In this document: positions 36,692 to 50,785 of the stretch, piece by piece
Numbering within the stretch: the first letter of the stretch is position 1
Layout: every line of letters begins with the position of its first letter
Origin: Bigelowiella natans CCMP2755
Taxonomy: Eukaryota; Protista; Cercozoa
DNA length: 64,000 nt
Assembly: GCA_000320545.1 (NCBI GenBank)
Contig: ADNK01000506.1
Coordinates: 155,452 to 219,451 of the forward strand
Reading direction: 5' to 3'
Notes under the pieces: generated by a model
Seen by the model: only the letters and a program-made list of their open reading frames with translations
Told to the model about the DNA's origin: nothing
Databases searched by the model: none
Position numbers and translations under genes: made by a program

Positions 36692-39658
36692 CTAATATCC
36701 TGCAGACGGGTTAGCTATGAGGGTGGCAAATGGTCTATTGTTCATAAAAGCAGAATAATTCTCAAGCCAAACATTCCAGCCCCGCTCCACGTTGTCACCT
36801 ACCAGAATAAAGCTATATGAAAATACTGTTTTGTGGACAAAGAAATACGCCAAAACGTATATCACTTCGCAATTTGGCCTTCTATCCTAATCAGCTGCTT
36901 AATTGCGCATACTCATCGTTAGCACTCTCGATTTCCCAACTTGCTTGCTCCTTGCACAAGGAGTTTATTTCTTTAACGACGCATATAAGATGACAGGCGG
37001 GATAGGAAGGAAGAAGAAGAAAAAGAGGACGAAGAGAGGGAACAGTATCTTTTTTACTCTCAACCAAAACCAACAACCACCTGTGAAATCCGCATTATGC
37101 GCTGTAAGGAGAAGGTTCTCGTGCTCCCATAGAGGGTTCGACCTAGGAAGGGGCTCAGTTCTGCCAACACAAACATGACGCGTTAGTAGCATAAAGGGAC
37201 TGGAATATGTCATTTCTCAGCGCATTGCTACGGGAGTTGATACAGCCTTTTTCTGTGGTTCAGTTTCGAAGGAATTTCCTATGATGGTGGTGGGGCTGAT
37301 ACTGTATATAGTTTTACACACAACCGAAAAACATCCAGAGCGGCACCCGCGATGCTTCCACTGCGTAAAGCCTTCATAGGATTTTAACGATAGAATTACT
37401 TTTCAAAGATAATTGTAGTGGTCAACCATGCGTTAGTGTCAAGAGGTATTCATTTATCATTGCCATCGTCAATTGCTTCATCATCATTGAGTCTGTTTTC
37501 GCTATTGGTTTCACTATTCTCTCCTCACGTGGTCAAGAGCTTCTTCATCCACAGCACTGCCTCTGGTTATCATTAGGAGTGAGGACACCCACCAGCCGCA
37601 GACGATATTAGACAAACCACAAGAAGATTAAGTATATGTCGAGTCGGCTTTGTTCGGTGTATAATGTACACGTAGAGCCTATGTGAGGTACCTTCCAATA
37701 CTGATGAATACTGAATGGGAGGGCATGGCCTCAAATTCCTTCGAGGACATAAAACCGTCCGTTTTTGGGGTACCAGGGAGAGAGCACACAACGAAGTCAC
37801 ACTCCCGCAACATCTCACATGCTGACTCCGAAGAATATATGGCATCTGGAAAGCAGCCAGGGAATAAGGGAGGAAACAAGTATGTTTATACGCAGGCGCC
37901 TATGCACACACAATGTGCGATGCGAGCAAGAGCAAATCCATTATCATTATCGTAATTATGACATGATTGTACTCACCCGCTATTTGGTGTTGTTGTTGCT
38001 GCTGTTTCGGGACATTCCTCTTAAGGGCTAGGATCTTCATACCGAATGCCCGCGCGAGCGTTGCCGTGGTCTGATACAACAAGGAGAATTAGAAGATGAG
38101 AAGAAAGGAGGAGAAAAGATAAAATCGAGGCGAATCCATTCTTGTGCTGTATATATAATGTTGATTGTAATCGTTTTCTTCCAATGTCGTACCGTAGCGA
38201 TGTGTCCGAATCCCACAAACCCGATCGTTTTACCGTAGAGGTGCCCCATGGTGAATTTGTCCCATTTCTTGTTCAACCGATTCTCCTACTCACCATACAC
38301 GACGATCAAGAGTGTGATGTCTATGATTCCAAGCACACAACATTATGACTTCAACGACGTGAGAGCTATCAATAGCCCTTCTGCATGAAAAATGCATTGC
38401 TCTCTTTTAAAAATAGGTAAAACGATGTAAATTTATCAAGAATCTTCAGGCCTTCTTCTTCTTCCTCTTGTTTTCTTCTTGAACCTGACAGCGAGGTATT
38501 TGCTTATTGAAGTAGAGGCAGGAGGTAAGAGCCCACTCTGCGAGCGAGTCTGAGTATGCTCCCCGTGCATTCGTAAGAGAAGCTCCCTCAAAGAGATCAG
38601 ATGCGCAGAACCCTTGGATATATTTACAACGTAAACCGCAAAAGCCACTAAATTCAAGCATACGTAGCTACCCACCCGTTCCTGCTGCTACTACTTGTGG
38701 GAAGACAACGAAACATGTTTATTTGTGGCAAAATTTTATGTGTGGGGAGGCAGGCAGGGGGACCCGAGAGAGCATCAATTCCGGTGAAGAAGGAATGGAG
38801 CCATTTCGGTGAGGACGACATTTTCCAGGCCGCAGAGAGAGCTGTAGTTGTGGGGAAAAGAGAAGGCCTATGCATCATTTCGCATAAGCAACATTTGATC
38901 AACTATCTTCTTCTAATTGGTTGGTAGTTGCAGGCTGACGAACGGTCGACTGACTCTCTGTGGATTTCATCGGCGCCACGAAGATGTACGCTTCACAAGT
39001 TGCCATCTGTTTCAAAAATATATCTATTTATTTTATCAGCTACGCGAATAATTTCTATGTGTACATACATAGTGTTCGCACAATACCTTTGAATCATGTT
39101 TAAGAAATGCTTCTGGCGTGTCACCGACTAAGAAATCCACGCCCTAGAGATGCGTGCGTGTCCCCAAAAAAAGAAGAAAAGTAAAGCCAAACTTTAATCA
39201 AATATAGTTCATTCATCATAGCCTCTATTATCATTGCAACCACCGCCATTGCTCTTTTACATGGTGATAACCACTTCTGCCGCTGCATGGTACAAAACAC
39301 ACCTCGAGCTGTGGTAGTTGTGCCAGCGCCGGGTTATCCAATTCGGAGACTACTGCAACGGTGGTGGTGGTATCATCACGACTGGCCTTTGCCGAGGATG
39401 AAAATGATGAATGAGGAGTTGATGAAGAAGATGACGATGCCGATGGTACTGGCAACCAATAAGCCACATCATGGAATGCCGCCGTCTGTCGAGCCACCGA
39501 GATTGGACGATGGTTGAGCAGACTAGGGAACGCAGATGAGATCAGTATTTTGTGGGCCTGTCCAATTCTTTAGAATCATGCTTATACCTTCTTGCATGCG
39601 ATGCCAGTGAGGAACGTGTCAAGTTTATCTGAAGACTCTTGCCGAAGCGGAACGCCAT
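36692..39658 (-). CDS. D-isomer-specific 2-hydroxyacid dehydrogenase, multi-exon, mitochondrial-type presequence
   Basis: LTNARGAYSDSLAEW, GKTIGFVGFGHIA, AFGMKILALKR, LPGTPKT, FISIGR, AGAALDVF, EPLP..NPLW..ENLLLTAH; ends AGY*. N-terminus MAFRFGKSLQINLTRSSLASHARS. Confidence 0.92.
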
Positions 39659-41473
39659 AGCAGGATGCTCTGAACCCGAATACTAACAATGCTAACTTTT
39701 TTCTCCACACTATACCGGCAGTAACCGCCTGTAAAAAGTTTCCGTAGAACGATAAGATACAGATCAAACCCAGAGGATATTTCTAGGATTTCCTGATTTC
39801 CTTCAGGATTTCCATGCATTTCATCTACGATCGTAGTCATGTGGACAACCCATGCACAATCGTAATCTTCTTACGGAGGTAAACCCAGCCCATTTACGAA
39901 CGAAAATCGTATCTTATCCACAGCAGATAGCAGGAAAGCAAAGCGAAAAACGTTCTGAATTTTAGTACAGGAGACAAGGCTCTGAGCTCATTCCTTCGAA
40001 TTGTTTCACGAGAGGTACCTCACATGTCAAAGAAGAGCTCTACGAGAAACGACGAGAAGTTGTGTAAACAAGTGTTAATGAGTGATAATAAATATATCCT
40101 GGAAAATGAAAATATGGGAGTTCTTGTCCTGCGACTTGCCTGATTGAAAGAATGATAAAAAAGTGACATGTCATTTGGTTTGACTTTGAATTCCTCTCCT
40201 AACAGATAAACTAAGAGAAGATGTAGTTAAATTCAGGACTATTTTTTTTTTTGAAAATGACATTGTGGGCAAATAAGAGTTTTAATGATGCAGTTGCAGC
40301 TGTCTTAGTGCCATATTCATATGCGTTATGAGCACTCGTAAAAACTTTAAGGCACAAGATAGCTCTGAAAGTGTAAAGCAGCCGCTCATGTCACGATGTT
40401 AATTACCGTCCGAAATGCCCTGCGTTTCTGCTAACGTTTATAATTCTGAATCTTCAGGCTTCGGAATTTTAAAGTCGGTTCGAATACACTTGACAACAGC
40501 AAGTTTGTTCGAATTTTCCGAAGTCGCAAGGAAGCAACCTCCTTGAATCCTTTGCCGCGCGAACACAAGATGATGAATTGGATACCTCAATAGACGTTTC
40601 AGCATTTCAACAAAAATTCTGACCTCCTTTTCGAAAGAACTTGAGGAACATCATCCATTTGTGTGGTGCGTCATCATTTTGAATTGCCGTATGGTATAAA
40701 AAATAAGGGATAGAAATTATTTTAAATATGGATATTGCTGAAGTTTCCATCGAGCAAGGTTAATTCCCAATTGACGAGAAGTGTCTCCGGGGGTACCTTG
40801 GGGGGGGAGAGCGGCCAGAAGAAAGCAGAAGATAGTTGGGAAAATATTTATGGGCAGATCCTTTGATTTCGTTATTGGACCTTATAGGGGAATGCGTAAA
40901 AATTTCTATGATTCCTTCTTTTTTTCGAAAGTGACATTTGTTTGTAAGTTACGAATCTTTGCGTGTCCGTTCGAAAGAGAGTAGCGAGAGAGGTGGCAGT
41001 TGGGGTGTGCTTCAAATTTTCCTCATTCGAATGGCTTCTTTCGAACTAGCAAAGCGAATTTTGGCGAATATTGTGCTTGGAAATACTTCAATGTCTTTTT
41101 TCCTTCCTACCTCGCTAGAACTAGTTTTGTGCTGTACGTGGCGAATGATTCGTTGTCCACAAAATTAATAAACTAGTTTTTGGAGGAGTTTTGATCAGTC
41201 GTATTCGATTCCGAATGATAAGAAGATTTTATTCTCTGTGTTTCTTATCATGTGCTCTTTACAAACCGGGCTAACTAAGAAACGAATGCATTAATTTTCA
41301 ATAGAATTCTTATTCGTTACCGTGCGCCCAAATCAGAACTAAGTAAATGTGTTGTTTTCCACGTTTTCTTATATATTTGTTTCATGTATATCGACAGACT
41401 GAGACACAATCTGAAAAATCTGTGAGCAGTAGCTCAGAAGGAATAGTCAGCGATTCTCTAAGAGCACGTAACG

Positions 41474-44400
41474 ATGGGAGGATGCCAACCTTCTCACTCG
41501 AAAGGCTGGGGTGCGCAAGCCAATGGCCAAACATTCCCTCAGCAGCTTCCTAGGAACGGTGGATCGTATCATCCGGTTGATTATGGTGGTACTGGAGAAA
41601 GCATGGGCAGAGAAGGCAAAGTCCTCAATGGAGAGCACGATGAAACGGACGATGAAGGGAGGGATGGTGATGGCGAGCTAGGGATCCGTAAGGATCCTGA
41701 GAACGTTCTCATTACTTTCTACAATCCATCGACGGAAGGTCTTCATGTCAAGGCATTCCAAAGCAAAGATCCGACCGCCTTCCACGAAGATCCTAGCCAG
41801 CAATGCTTTGGGGTAGCGAACCTCTTTGGCGGCCTCCTCGATACCTGCATGCATGGAAGTGACAAGTTCAAAGTGAAGACTACATCATCGAAATTGGAAA
41901 TAAAGAAGCAGGGCCTACTGGCAAAGTGCAAGCATGAATTCATAGTCGAGCCTGGGCAGACAACAACAGTACCAATGTCTGCTGAGAGTATTAAAATGAT
42001 CCACGTGTACACTCAGAGGAACTGGCCAGAAATTTGTGTTGCAGCATGCAGGATTCCTGGCGACAAAACAATCATGCTTCCCACACAATCTGAGGTTAAT
42101 GCAGTGAGGGACCGCAGTAAGATAAAAGTTGGTGAGGAGGAGGAAAACGGAGCAGGAGGAATTCGGACGTATAGCGTAGCGCTTGTTCTTGCTCTCATTG
42201 CTGTATTTGTCGTTCCGATTATCCTGTTTCAAATATTTTCATTTGCACGGTTAGTGCCAACCCCCAGCGATCATACCCCTTCCCCTCCGTCCTCGGCCGC
42301 TTCGGGAAGATTCGTTCCTAGTGGTAACCGCCCCCCAAACAATGGAGGAGGCTCTCCGCGAACTTCGTCGAAGCCGTCGCCTCTCCGGAGAAAACCGGCC
42401 CCGAAACCTTCGTCATCATCATCATCGTCATCTTCATCATACTCATTGATTCCTGGGTTATCGAAAATTGTGACTAACGATCTTCCGAATCTCCCATACG
42501 TGAATTCGGATCAGATGATGACGGGAGAAAAGATGATACAGACCGGGCGCTCTGCGGCGAAGATGGTCATCCCCACCACCGCCGCAGCATATGTGGTGTA
42601 CAACTACTTCAAGGACCGCCTCAATGCAAACGTGGAGATTCAACACGCGATCAGCAAGCAGCAGAATCGAACCAAAGACTTGCAGCACACAGTAGATCTT
42701 CTCCGGGTGTCTGAGGTGGGACGCAAAAAGAAGAATTATAAAGAAAAGAAGAGGAGAAGTTGATATTTCTGTTTTCATCATTACTATATCATTAAGTATT
42801 TTCACGATCGTTCCATATCTATTATAGCCATCATTGCATCTCACTCATCACCAATCTATTGTCATACTACCTACGTACGTAGCGACGACTAAGAGAGAGC
42901 ATCCACATGATCGAAGCTGCACGCTCCGATGCCGAAGCCAAGGGTCGAGAATTACGAGGCGAGATATCTGTGCTTCACAATGCGCTCAACAGGGCACAAG
43001 CGTCTCTCAAAGCGAAAAGTGAGCAGGCTGCCAGGGCCGCAGATGACGCAGCGGGCAAGATAAAGAAATTGAACACAGACGTTTCGGAACTCAAGACTCA
43101 GGTGTCTCAACTCGTTATGATGCAAGCATCATCTAAGGCAGAGATCAAGGTCGGTCGTTTCGAATATATTTTCGCATATGCTCTGCAGCGTGTCTTTATC
43201 ATTATCTTCATCACTTAGTATATTAACTTTTTCGTTAAATCATCTTTTTATCGATAATTCTTGCTGTGGTGGCGGTCTCGGTCTCCCCTTGCCACGTGTT
43301 TCGATGTTGTCATCGTTGTCTTTATCGTCCCTGTCCTTCACACAATTAGCTCAAGGAAAAAGAGCTAGCTGCTTACCGTCGTGAGCTTACCAACTTGCGC
43401 AAGGACATGTCAACTGCTGAATCATCTGCAAGAAACGCTGTGGGTACTGAGAAAGCAAGAATCGCCGAACTTACTCAAGTCATCCGCAACCTGAGGGACG
43501 AGCTCAAGAAAACCAAATACCAACGCCAAGTCCTCGAAGATCGAATGCGTGCGCAAACAGCCGCAATCGATGTTGCTAAGAGCGAGAAGATCAAATATGA
43601 GGACAAGATTCAAAACCTCGATATGGTCGTCCAGGCTCACAGGAACAAGGTCAATAGCCTCACTGATGCTTTGCAGAGAAAGACAGAGGCCCTTACTACC
43701 ACAAGCGCAGAGTCTCAAAATCATCAGCGAACCATCAAGGAACTGCAGATTTCTCAAAAGCGTGTGGAGGAAGAGCTAGCAGCTAGAAGCAAAGAACTCG
43801 CAGAGGCACGAGCCAACCTCAAAGTTGCAGAGGACACTGCTGCCAAGCTAAAGATTACCATCAAAGAGATGGATACTGATATCGAGCATCTCGAGCTCAA
43901 GATCTCTCATGCAGAACAGGTAAATGAGGACGGTCGCGTCAAGATTGCTCGGCTGTTGGAGGGCCTCTCTCTCGCAGAGAAAGGGGCATCGCAAAGCCAA
44001 GCAATGTTGGCCGAGAAGGAACTTGTTCTCGCCGAAAAGGAGCTAGAGTTGTCCAAGGAGATCACAAGGGAACATCGAACTTCAGCAGCGTAACGCACAG
44101 GCAGTGGAGGCCAACGAGAGTGCCAAGAAGATGGTAGGAAAGCTGCTCGACATCTAGCTGCTGTTGAATCAAACGCTACCAAGAAAGGCCGCCTGGCAAA
44201 GCCCGTAAGCTCCTCTTCTGTAACAGGATTGATCGAGAGCACGAAAGACATTGATGCGACCCTTAAGGCCTCTAAGAAGTCACTTCCTGCATTCTCTGAC
44301 ACTAATAAAAATGCAGCTGCAGCTTCGTCATCCTCTTCTTCGTCGCCATCATCTCCTGCAGGAGGTGAAAAGACCTCATCATCGTCGTCCTCATCATCAT

Positions 44401-45224
44401 CGTCATCGTTCTGGTTGTATGGTAGCTCTAAGCCAGCTCCACCACCAGCAAAATCATCTACAGGGAAGGCTTTCCCTGAAAGACTTAAGAATTGGGCGGA
44501 GAAGAGCCGGTGCTGGGCCAAAGAATGTGGCGATGCGATGGGAAAAGGCCAGAAGAGTGTTGCAAAGTGGGCTTCAGTCGGCCATAAACAGCTCCAAGCT
44601 TGGGTGAAGAAACTCAACGAATGGGTCCAGACACAACGTAAAAGCCTCAAAGACAAGAATATCAACGAGCAGAGCGTCCTTGCCACCCTCGGTTTCACCA
44701 CTTATTACTTGCTGCAAGCAAGGAAGGCGGCGTATGACCGACGCCTTGCCGCCCCAGATACCTCATCCAATGGACGCCGTTTTTTCCGCGACAGCTTCAG
44801 TCGCTCTACTCCCGTTAGGACCTCGAGAGCATACGATGCAACCAGAGAAAAATACTCATCATCGTCCTATGACGGGGACTACTCAAAGGCGGCTTATAAA
44901 GAATTTCCTGAAGTCATGAAGCTGTTTTATTCCTCTAACGAGGAGCTAGATCGAGTTAAACGAAAGCTCCAGCAGGGTTAGGTGTGCTGGTATGGTATGA
45001 ATAATACGAGGAGAAAGAAGCAGGAGGATGAGGAGGAGCAAGAACAAGAGAGGGGAGAGCTGAAGAAGACGAACAAGGGGGAGGTAGAGGATAACTTGCG
45101 GAAGAGGAAATATGTAAACCAATCCCAATAGCTCGGGGGAGGAATGAAGATTCTCCAACGCGCGCCATATATGATTGTTAGGTAGCGACGATGATGGTTC
45201 GCACCACCATCGTCACCAACTTCG

Positions 45225-45255
<31 letters not shown>

Positions 45256-45393
45256 TACAATCATTATAATCATTACTATAATCCCTACCATCACCAGCTT
45301 GAGGATATAAAATTTCGAGAATACAACTGAATATCATCGAATTTCAGCAGCAGCAGCAGAGATTCGATGGTGGAGGTGATGGGGAAAAATTGT
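41474..45393 (+). CDS. Large membrane-anchored coiled-coil protein, multi-exon, reading frame disrupted near 44070-44140
   Basis: ORFs 41474-42763 (with TM segment YSVALVLALIAVFVVPIILFQIF), 42907-43218, 43395-44093 (heptad-rich) and 44229-44981. Confidence 0.7.
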
Positions 45394-46875
45394 AGTTCAC
45401 TCCAGCATAAATTAGTGTAAAGTAAACTAGTACGCTTATGCTTCTAGACGAGGATATCAACATTCAAATACAGATACTGCTTTTAGACATCTATACGCAT
45501 ACGTTGATTTGGCTATATCTACTTCAATATGCCAATAAAATAATATGAAGCACAGATAGTGTGCTACCATACCATACCATACTAGCATACCATACCATGC
45601 CATGCCACCGTGACATCATTTGTGTGGCAATTTGTGCGTTTGATTGAAGTTCCTAGCATCGGCAAATTAGCAACAAGCTGCATGCATCTGCGCGATGGTC
45701 AACAGCCACACTGTGCATGCATGCGCAGCGCACATGCAGCTATGCAGCACAAACCATCTGTGCCGCTGCGTGCACACAATTCATCCAAACATACTATAGA
45801 CACAATATATATAATATATACGTATATATACGTATGTCCATTGCACATCCATGTTAGCTAGCTAGCTAGACATACACAATGTGCGTAGACGTGCATGCTA
45901 GCATGATGAGCTGTTGCTACACAACGTGCACGCGTAGATGTTCTAGATGTTGCATGCTAGCTATAGCATGCTAGCATGGCATGCTCACCAATACGTTAGC
46001 AAATCTAGAAATGCTTCCACTGTGCTAGCTGTGCGTTGCCATCTAGCTAGCTAGCTAGCTAGTCATGCATGCCAAGCTAGCAAGCTAGTATACTAGCAAG
46101 GCAAAACGGCAATGACAACACTTGCTGCTAGTTTGTGCAGATGCGTCCCTACGCGGACAGGAAACATCAGCTATTGATCGTTTCCACTCTCGAGTCTCGA
46201 CCAGACTCATCCCAAGCTCGTTGACCTTGACTTCAAACGCAGGGTCAGAGCACTCCTGGCCTGTCCACCAATCTAGCAATGGCAACTTGCGTCGCAGCTC
46301 TCACTCGTCCATCAAACCCGACATCCCTGCTTCCGAATGCAGAGCATGCTGGCATGCGGGCACTTTGAGTGCTGCCTAGCTAGCTAGATGAATGGCACAT
46401 TGTGTCAGAGGAGTGTGTGCGCTGTGCTTGTGATTTCACCATGCTTATTAGCATGTCATTCTAGCAATTCAGTTCAGCAGCAGGTCCGCAGTGGGTGAAA
46501 TTTTGGGTTGTGAATTTTGGAGCATGCTACGAGCAGATATGGGAATCAAAAATAGGGGTCAGGCACATGGTCTGCTGCGATCATGACATTCCAGCATTGA
46601 CCGACTCAAACATGCAGCGCTAGCTAGCTGGGTAGGAGCAACAGCCAAAATGCGCAAGGCCACTTGCACGTGCATGCGTCTAGACTAGTTAAGGTTGTAG
46701 ATCAACACCACGCTCGGCCGCAGTGTGTAGCTTGTCACAGCTGCAACACATGTGTGTCTCACATGGAGCTCTAGCTCTCTAGCTAGCTAGCTATAAGACG
46801 AATGTAATGAAACGATTACATTTTTTTCACTTCATTGCATTGTAATTGACTGCTAGTCATCATACAAGCACAACA

Positions 46876-49800
46876 TCAATAATCAACTTCGATGGCAGCA
46901 GAACTGAGCAGGGCATCGGTATCATTCAGATGAGTAGCACCACCATGTTGTTGGTGATGATTATGCTGGTGATTTCCAACTAAGTCGTCCTGGTTCTCTT
47001 CTGGAATTATGGAAAGCTGAGCGGTAGAGGGAGATCTCCTTCGTCCCTTTCTGTCGCACTTTTTTGTTTTTCTCTTCTTCTTTCTCTCTTTATCAGCAGA
47101 AACTAGCAGGGTCGCCACCCAGTTTTTGTCCTTCCTTACATCTATTCTTCTGCCGCCGCTGCTCACACTTGAGACCTGCTGCTGAGACATACTTGCTTTC
47201 AGTATCTCATCGATCTCGTTACATACATTATCGTCGTCTTCATCGTCATCGTCGTAATCGTAGCCATCGTGTTTTCCCTCCTCCTCTTCCGTATCAACTG
47301 ACAAATCCTTAAGCACTCTCTTCGCTAATTCATCGCTATCCTGCATCCATTTGCCGCGCTTACTTAGGCCTTCTGTCTTGCTGCCACTGTACAAACAGCT
47401 GTATCTTGCAAACAGTAGCAGCATGATCACCACAAAGCATATCCAGAGCAGATAGGCGTGGTCTAAGTGTGGGAGGTTCTTTGTCCCATAATGAACCAGC
47501 TTCAGCTTTAGTTCTCTGGCTGAGTGGCTTATAGTTTTCCCTGATTGATGAGGAAGCGACAGGTCAGGAACAAAGGATTTGGTCGAAAACGACGACAACG
47601 ACGAAGTGGAAGTGAGACAACCACTTGCAGCAGCATTAACGACGCAATGCAAGCACCACAGAAGATCATTTAAATCCATACTTGAACCCTGCATCTTCTA
47701 TATTAATATCATAATTTAAATTTCTTCTTCTTCTTCTTCTAGTTCTTCTTCTCGATCTTGTTCGTTTGCATGAGCTAATACTACTACTACTACTACTATT
47801 TCTACCTAGGGTTCCCATGTCGCAGAAAACGTGCGCACATTTGGCTGCGCTACTACCGCCACCATTGTTGCTACTGCTCTTTGATACATTTGCTTGTGCT
47901 GAAACATGTGAATCTGCTGCTTCTTCTGCGTCGTTCGCTCTGGGGGATCCCGCCAACTTCTGCACAGAGTCAATGGACGACGATGTCGTTTTTTCGTCAT
48001 CGGCGATGTGTCCTTCTCGTGAGAGCTGATGATTCCGTTGTAGCTCTTGATATGCTGCTAGACAACCTGCAGAAAGACTCCCGAGCTGGAAGCCCCCATG
48101 AAGGCAGTGAAGCCTATAAGCGAAGCAGAATCGTAGGAGAATAATAAACCACATAATCATCATTATCATCATCATCATCAACGCCCAAAAATGCTTATTC
48201 CATCAACAAAAGTCGATAAAATAGACACCGTTCTGACTTCTTCTATTTCTTCTTCTCGTTCTTCATGAAGAGGCACCATACTACTGCGACTACCATAATC
48301 GCGGGGAGCTTGCAGCAGCCTTACAATGGGAGGCAATGTCGCCCCCACATGCAATTAATGTGGACTCTAACGGCCTTTCCAGAACAGCTGATCCAATTGT
48401 TGGTGGAAGAGGATGAGTATGTAACATTAGACTATTATTCTCGCATAGCAGTGGTATACCTTTGCATCCAACAGCCACGTTCAAGCTATGGTTTTTCTGC
48501 AACATTTCTAGTTTGGCGATGCAAGAACGAGAGTCGTCTGTTGTCGATGATAGTAGTGTGAAGATATTCTCAGGGATATGGCGAGGCGCGGCTCTTCCTT
48601 TTGATTCCGTTGTGAGATTCTTTGCTGGACGTACAAGACGCAAATGATGGCGATGATGAGAGGAAGGAGCGCCTTCTGTTCCATTTTGTTGAGTACTCTT
48701 GTTGATTCTGGTCGTTGTGCTGTCAGCATCGCTCGATGAAGTATCAGTCATCGTTTCTGTTGGTGAGCATATTCTCTTCAAATCCATTCTGTTATAGCAA
48801 GAAAGAGAGGGAAAAAACATATTCTCATCACAGAAAAGAAGTTGAGAAAGAATGCGCACGGATATGAAAATATCTTATGTTTATAAATTTATGTCGTCTT
48901 CACGATTAGTTTTTGATATGTTTCGCCGGTATTTTTTTGCGCATGCATGTCATACCTGCAGTGAGATCCAAACATGTCCTCGGGTGAATGGCTGTTGTCT
49001 ATATTTTTCGCATCGCCACTGCTGGTGAGAATCTCCAGTATTCCTCCTCCTCCTCCTCCTCCTCTTCCTAACCCACCAACTACTATTTCGTTGGTTTCAT
49101 CGTCGTTGATATCTTTGATAGCGGAGGGGAGTTGTACGGTCCTGAAGAGTGATGAGAAGAGCTCAGCAAGCCTCGGAATAGGAGATGAAGATGTCATTTT
49201 CCGGAAAAGTGAGGGCTGCTCCTCCTCAACTTTGACAACTCTCGGTGGAAGAAGTTGATGCCTGAGAAACAGATTGTTTTTTATTGTTTGGGGAGCTCTA
49301 AAGTGTTCCTCTTCGATGATGATTCTGGGGCCCTATCAAATGCAGAACAGGAGTGTGTGAATTAGAGCTTGATCAATGCCGACGTTCAGGCAAATGCTGT
49401 ATTCCTCACCGATTCCCTTGCCCCTGGTAAGATATGAATGCCTCCCTCAAAGGCGTGTGGACCGAGATTCTCAGGGATATTTTCAAAGGGATTCTGATGT
49501 CCCTGCTGCTGGTTGAAAAACGAAGCGTTTATTACATTACGTGGAATGACTACTTCACCAATCAACAATAAAATCTTATTCACAGGAGGATCATGGGTCG
49601 AAAAATTTGTGTAGTGGTACCATTTGGGCGGCAGTAGGAAAGGGAAAACCCGGAATTTTAGGAAGCATGCTCTCCAGCACCACAGGGCCTGGCCCCAAAA
49701 TCTCCTCATTGATTGATATCACTCCATCATTGTTCCCCTTGAGCCCGTTCTACGGAATACCATCGGGCAAAAGGGAGAAAAGGAATGTTTGAGAAACATT

Positions 49801-50165
49801 TGAAGTAACTTCCCAAAATATGCAAGTGCAGATAGGTATCATTCATTTTAGTGGTGCACTTTTTGGTTAGCTTGGACAGATGTCGTCATAACAATCGTCG
49901 CTATCGCCAGGGTAGTAGATACGCGAGCTCCCCAACATCTTTGGAACGAAGAAGGCATCTCTGATACGGGTGGGGGAGGCTGAGAATAATTTAAAAATTT
50001 GAAATCTAGTGCTTAGAATCCTGTCGGCAATGAGAAAAACAGAGGCAATACCAACCTGCGACAAGCTCTTATGCGGGACAAACGACGTTTTTCTGTTCTC
50101 AAGAGAAAACTCTTGACGCCGTTCCCTTCGAGCCAGGGAATGTCAAATTTAATCCGACCATGAAC
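46876..50165 (-). CDS. Hypothetical multi-exon protein; 5' end uncertain
   Basis: Collinear minus-strand exon-like ORFs at 49386-49709, 48889-49330, 48290-48859, 47666-48120 and 46876-47694. No recognisable family. Confidence 0.5.
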
Positions 50166-50681
50166 AATAGTGGACGTAATGGCCAGGGGAAAATCCCTGC
50201 GACAGCAAACATCGTGATGAAATCCTGAAACATCGGGAAATCCTCTTTCTGACTTCGTGGGTCGCACGCCAAGCAGACGTGCACGTGCATGTCACACACA
50301 ACACGTTGTGCACTGCAGTGGATGAATTGATCAATGAACAAAGTGATTCCAATGGTGAATGGAGCTGAAAGAATCATGGGACATGCCCGCTGGCTCATCT
50401 GTGCCCTCCTCAATCAGCAGGGAGACCACCAGCTCACAGGAACGTCGTTGCGTGCACGCTGAACGAGTGAACGTGCATGGATGAAGTGTGTCGCTGCTTG
50501 CGATTCGAAAGAAAGAAGGAATTGTTTCCATTGGAGAAGTTGAAAGAACTTGAAAGACCAAGAGGAATCACGACACACACCTGGCTAGCTGGACACGCTG
50601 ACTCATCCGTGTCCTCAACGAGCAGCATGCTGACAACAAGTGAGCAAAACCAGAAAACGCCAAATGGCAGCACAGCAGTCA

Positions 50682-50785
50682 GAAATCTGTGACATTGACG
50701 ACAAACTTGGTGAAGTGTTCCTCGCAATTGACAGTTGAAATCTGTGACATTGGCGACAAACTTGATGAGTCCTCGCAATGCGACA
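50682..50785. repeat. Imperfect tandem duplication of ~55 bp
   Basis: GAAATCTGTGACATTG(A/G)CGACAAACTTG(G/A)TGA...TCCTCGCAAT occurs twice, starting at 50682 and 50737. Confidence 0.85.

Noticed and set aside
44091-44093. Programmed stop-codon readthrough or alternative genetic code
   Set aside because: TAA is a poor readthrough codon, no other gene here needs a stop reassigned, and the +1 frame gives a better protein, which points to indels.
43907-44701. 264-aa minus-strand ORF
   Set aside because: Antisense to the coiled-coil gene and low complexity.
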